Below are positions 39,514-42,948 of a stretch of DNA of 42,948 nt, one piece after another. The translations under genes were made by a program, and so were the position numbers. The notes beneath the pieces were generated by a model that searched no databases, had not been told where the DNA came from, and saw nothing but the letters and a program-made list of their open reading frames with translations. The DNA is taken from contig NIVC01004533.1 in the NCBI GenBank assembly GCA_002269645.1, positions 1 through 42,948 on the forward strand. Reading direction: 5' to 3'. The number at the start of each line of letters is the position of its first letter. Positions within the stretch are counted from its first letter, which is position 1. The stretch comes from Macrostomum lignano (Eukaryota).

Positions 39514-39760
39514 TTTGATAGGGTGAGACTTATGATAGGATGAGATTTTATGGTGAGATTTGATTATATAAGATTTTATTGGGTGAGATTTGATATAGGG
39601 TGAGATTCGATAAGGTGAGATTTGATAGGGTGAGATTTGATAGGGTGAGATTTGATAGGGTGAGATTTGATAGGGTGAGATTTGATAGGGTGAGATTTGA
39701 TAGGGTGAGATTTGATAGGGTGAGATTTGGTAGGGTAAGTTTTCATTGAATGAGATTTGA
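39514..39760. repeat. 15-bp tandem repeat
   Basis: Unit TTTGATAGGGTGAGA, near-perfect at ~39617-39735 with degenerate flanks. Confidence 0.9.
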
Positions 39761-40607
39761 AGAGACTGAGATTTTGAGAGTCTCATAGGAGATATCGAAG
39801 TGGGAAATTCAGACGACAAGAGAGTTGTAAGAATAAGCACGCTATCGCAAAGGATATGAAGAGGTCCGGAATTCCAGTGCCACCAGATTAGCTTCTTCAG
39901 GGAGTAAGCACCCGTAAAAGACTCAGACGACGAGAAAGCAAGTTTGGAGTTTCATAACTAGATGAAAAGATGAAAGAAGAGCGGAGCAGTGGGGAGGCTG
40001 TATAGACGCTGCTATTGAATGGCGGCGTACAAAGGGTTGACTGAGTAAGGTAGTGATGAGGCAAAAAAGTTGAGCACATCCCGAGCTCTGATCGGCATCA
40101 AAGAGAAATTCTCTACGCTGAGCGGCTGACTGGCTTTCGCCCCGCTGATCAAAAAGCTGCATGCCACATCCCTTCTTATCCAGGCAGGAACTGGAGATGC
40201 GACTGGGAAACAATGGAGGGGAAAGGGCGGTGCACTTCTTGCCATATTTATTGGTAATATCGATAATGGATTCGATCCCGATGGCAAACATCTATATGCT
40301 TGCCATTGTGCTTGCCATGGTTGGCCTATCGATTCACATCTGGCTCAGTTTGATCCAATGCTCATTGAGTCTGTTTGCTCACTGTGAGGGCAGGGGACTG
40401 CACTCCGGACTCCGGGGACAGGGAGTTTGCACAAGTTGCTTTGAATAAAAAGCTGCATTGAGCTGTTGACCAGCTGGGTGCGGAGAATGGGATCGACAGT
40501 CTGAGGGTATGGAATTTTATCATGTTTTCATATACATGTATAGTGTCAGATGGACACAGTCATAGAGAGTCACTGAGAGTCAAAGTTCGCAATATGATTC
40601 ACAGAGT

Positions 40608-42948
40608 GTCATAGACAGCTAAACTGAGTGACAGGGTCATAGACAGCTAAACTGAGTGGCAGGGTCATAGACAGCTAAACTGAGTGACGGGTCATAGACA
40701 GCTAAACTGAGTGGCAGGGTCATAGACAGCTAAACTGAGTGACAGGGTCATAGACAGCTAAACTGAGTGGCAGGGTCATAGACAGCTAAACTGAGTGACA
40801 GGGTCATAGACAGCTAAACTGAGTGACGGGGTCATAGACAGCTAAACTGAGTGACGGGTCATAGACAGCTAAACTGAGTGCAGGGTCATAGACAGCTAAA
40901 CTGAGTGCAGGGTCATAGACAGCTAAACTGAGTGACAGGGTCATAGATAGCTAAACTGAGTGACAGGGTCATAGACAGCTAAACTGAGTGACGGGGTCAT
41001 AGACAGCTAAACTGAGTGACGGGGTCATAGACAGCTAAACTGAGTGCAGGGTCATAGACAGCTAAACTGAGTGACAGGGTCATAGACAGCTAAACTGAGT
41101 GACAGGGTCATAGACAGCTAAACTGAGTGACAGGGTCATAGACAGCTAAACTGAGTGACAGGGTCATAGACAGCTAAACTGAGTGACGGGTCATAGACAG
41201 CTAAACTGAGTGACAGGGTCATAGACAGCTAAACTGAGTGACAGGGTCATAGACAGCTAAACTGAGAGACAGGGTCATAGACAGCTAAACTGAGTGACGG
41301 GTCATAGACAGCTAAACTGAGTGCAGGGTCATAGACAGCTAAACTGAGTGCAGGGTCATAGACAGCTAAACTGAGTGGCAGGGTCATAGACAGCTAAACT
41401 GAGTGGCAGGGTCATAGACAGCTAAACTGAGTGGCAGGGTCATAGACAGCTAAACTGAGTGACAGGGTCATAGACAGCTAAACTGAGTGGCAGGGTCATA
41501 GACAGCTAAGCTGAGTGACAGAGCTAGAGTCATAGACAGCTAAACTGAGTGGCAGGGTCATAGACAGCTAAACTGAGTGACAGAGCTAGAGTCATAGACA
41601 GCTAAACTGAGTGACAGGGTCATAGACAGCTAAACTGAGTGACGGGCTCATAGACAGCTAAACTGAGTGGCAGGGTCATAGACAGCTAAACTGAGTGACA
41701 GGGTCATAGACAGCTAAACTGAGTGGCAGGGTCATAGACAGCTAAACTGAGTGACAGAGCTAGAGTCATAGACAGCTAAACTGAGTGGCAGGGTCATAGA
41801 CAGCTAAGCTGAGTGACAGAGCTAGAGTCATAGACAGCTAAACTGAGTGACAGAGCTAGAGTCATAGACAGCTAAACTGAGTGACAGAGCTAGAGTCATA
41901 GACAGCTAAACTGAGTGACAGAGCTAGAGTCATAGACAGCTAAACTGAGTGACAGAGCTAGGGGTCATAGACAGCTAAACTGAGTGACAGAGCTAGAGTC
42001 ATAGACAGCTAAACTGAGTGACAGAGCTAGAGTCATAGACAGCTAAACTGAGTGACAGAGCTAGAGTCATAGACAGCTAAACTGAGTGACAAAGCTAGAG
42101 TCATAGACAGCTAAACTGAGTGACAGAGCTAGAGTCATAGACAGCTAAACTGAGTGACAGAGCTAGGGTCATAGACAGCTAAACTGAGTGACAAAGCTAG
42201 AGTCATAGACAGCTAAACTGAGTGACAGAGCTAGAGTCATAGACAGCTAAACTGAGTGACAGAGCTAGAGTCATAGACAGCTAAACTGAGTGGCAGGGTC
42301 ATAGACAGCTAAACTGAGTGACAGAGCTAGAGTCATAGACAGCTAAACTGAGTGACAGAGCTAGAGTCATAGACAGCTAAACTGAGTGGCAGGTCATACA
42401 GAAACTGAGTGACAGAGCTAGGGTCATAGACAGCTAAAACTGAGTGACAAAGCTAGAGTCATAGACAGCTAAACTGAGTGACAAAGCTAGAGTCATAGAC
42501 AGCTAAACTGAGTGACAGAGCTAGAGTCATAGACAGCTAAACTGAGTGACAAAGCTAGAGTCATAGACAGCTAAACTGAGTGACAGAGCTAGAGTCATAG
42601 ACAGCTAAACTGAGTGACAGAGCTAGAGTCATAGACAGCTAAACTGAGTGGCAGGGTCTAGACAGCTAAACTGAGTGACAGAGCTAGTCATAGACAGCTA
42701 AACTGAGTGACAGAGCTAGAGTCATAGACAGCTAAACTGAGTGCAGGTCATAGACAGCTAAACTGAGTGACAGAGCTAGGGTCATAGACAGCTAAACTGA
42801 GTGACAAAGCTAGAGTCATAGACAGCTAAACTGAGTGACAAAGCTAGAGTCATAGACAGCTAAACTGAGTGACAGGGTCATAGACAGCTAAACTGAGTGA
42901 CAGGGTCATAGACAGCTAAACTGAGTGACAGGGTCATAGACAGCTAAA
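40608..42948. repeat. 28/34-bp minisatellite running off the window end
   Basis: Unit GTCATAGACAGCTAAACTGAGTG(A/G)CAGG (28 bp), and a 34-bp variant ending ...GTGACAGAGCTAGA. Confidence 0.97.

Noticed and set aside
39923-40448. Short ORFs on both strands between tandem arrays
   Set aside because: There is no recognisable domain and no consistent splice structure.
32478-42948. Regular arrays that superficially resemble CRISPR
   Set aside because: They have no unique spacers or cas genes, and the context is eukaryotic.

Overview
Eukaryotic (metazoan) genomic DNA with spliceosomal introns, GC/CpG-rich exons and many tandem arrays. The style suggests a free-living flatworm such as Macrostomum (inference only). 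Three host genes are present. (1) The 3' part of an unidentified coiled-coil gene (+, 7 exons, <453..3835). (2) ILF2/NF45 (-). Its exons 2-4 lie at 4474..6930 and its probable 5-nt first coding exon lies at 27575..27579, which would make intron 1 about 20.6 kb. (3) A two-exon type I membrane protein with four FN2/FN2-like modules and a cytoplasmic PTAPPPY motif (+, 35153..38346). The putative ILF2 intron 1 is a CpG-depleted transposon graveyard. It holds a P/THAP element with 44-bp TIRs, a decayed B-box/BEN-like gene, a DD37D maT remnant, a 5'-inverted RTE-like LINE with a 10-bp TSD, and a decayed hAT-like transposase with a Tudor-like tail. About 95 bp upstream of the candidate ILF2 ATG sits a young 3.27-kb foldback structure: ~400-bp inverted arms built from a 177-bp unit, a 6-bp TSD, and a 5'-truncated RTE-like LINE in place of a spacer. 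Two copies of a MITE and eight tandem arrays complete the window. All calls were made by eye, without database searches.
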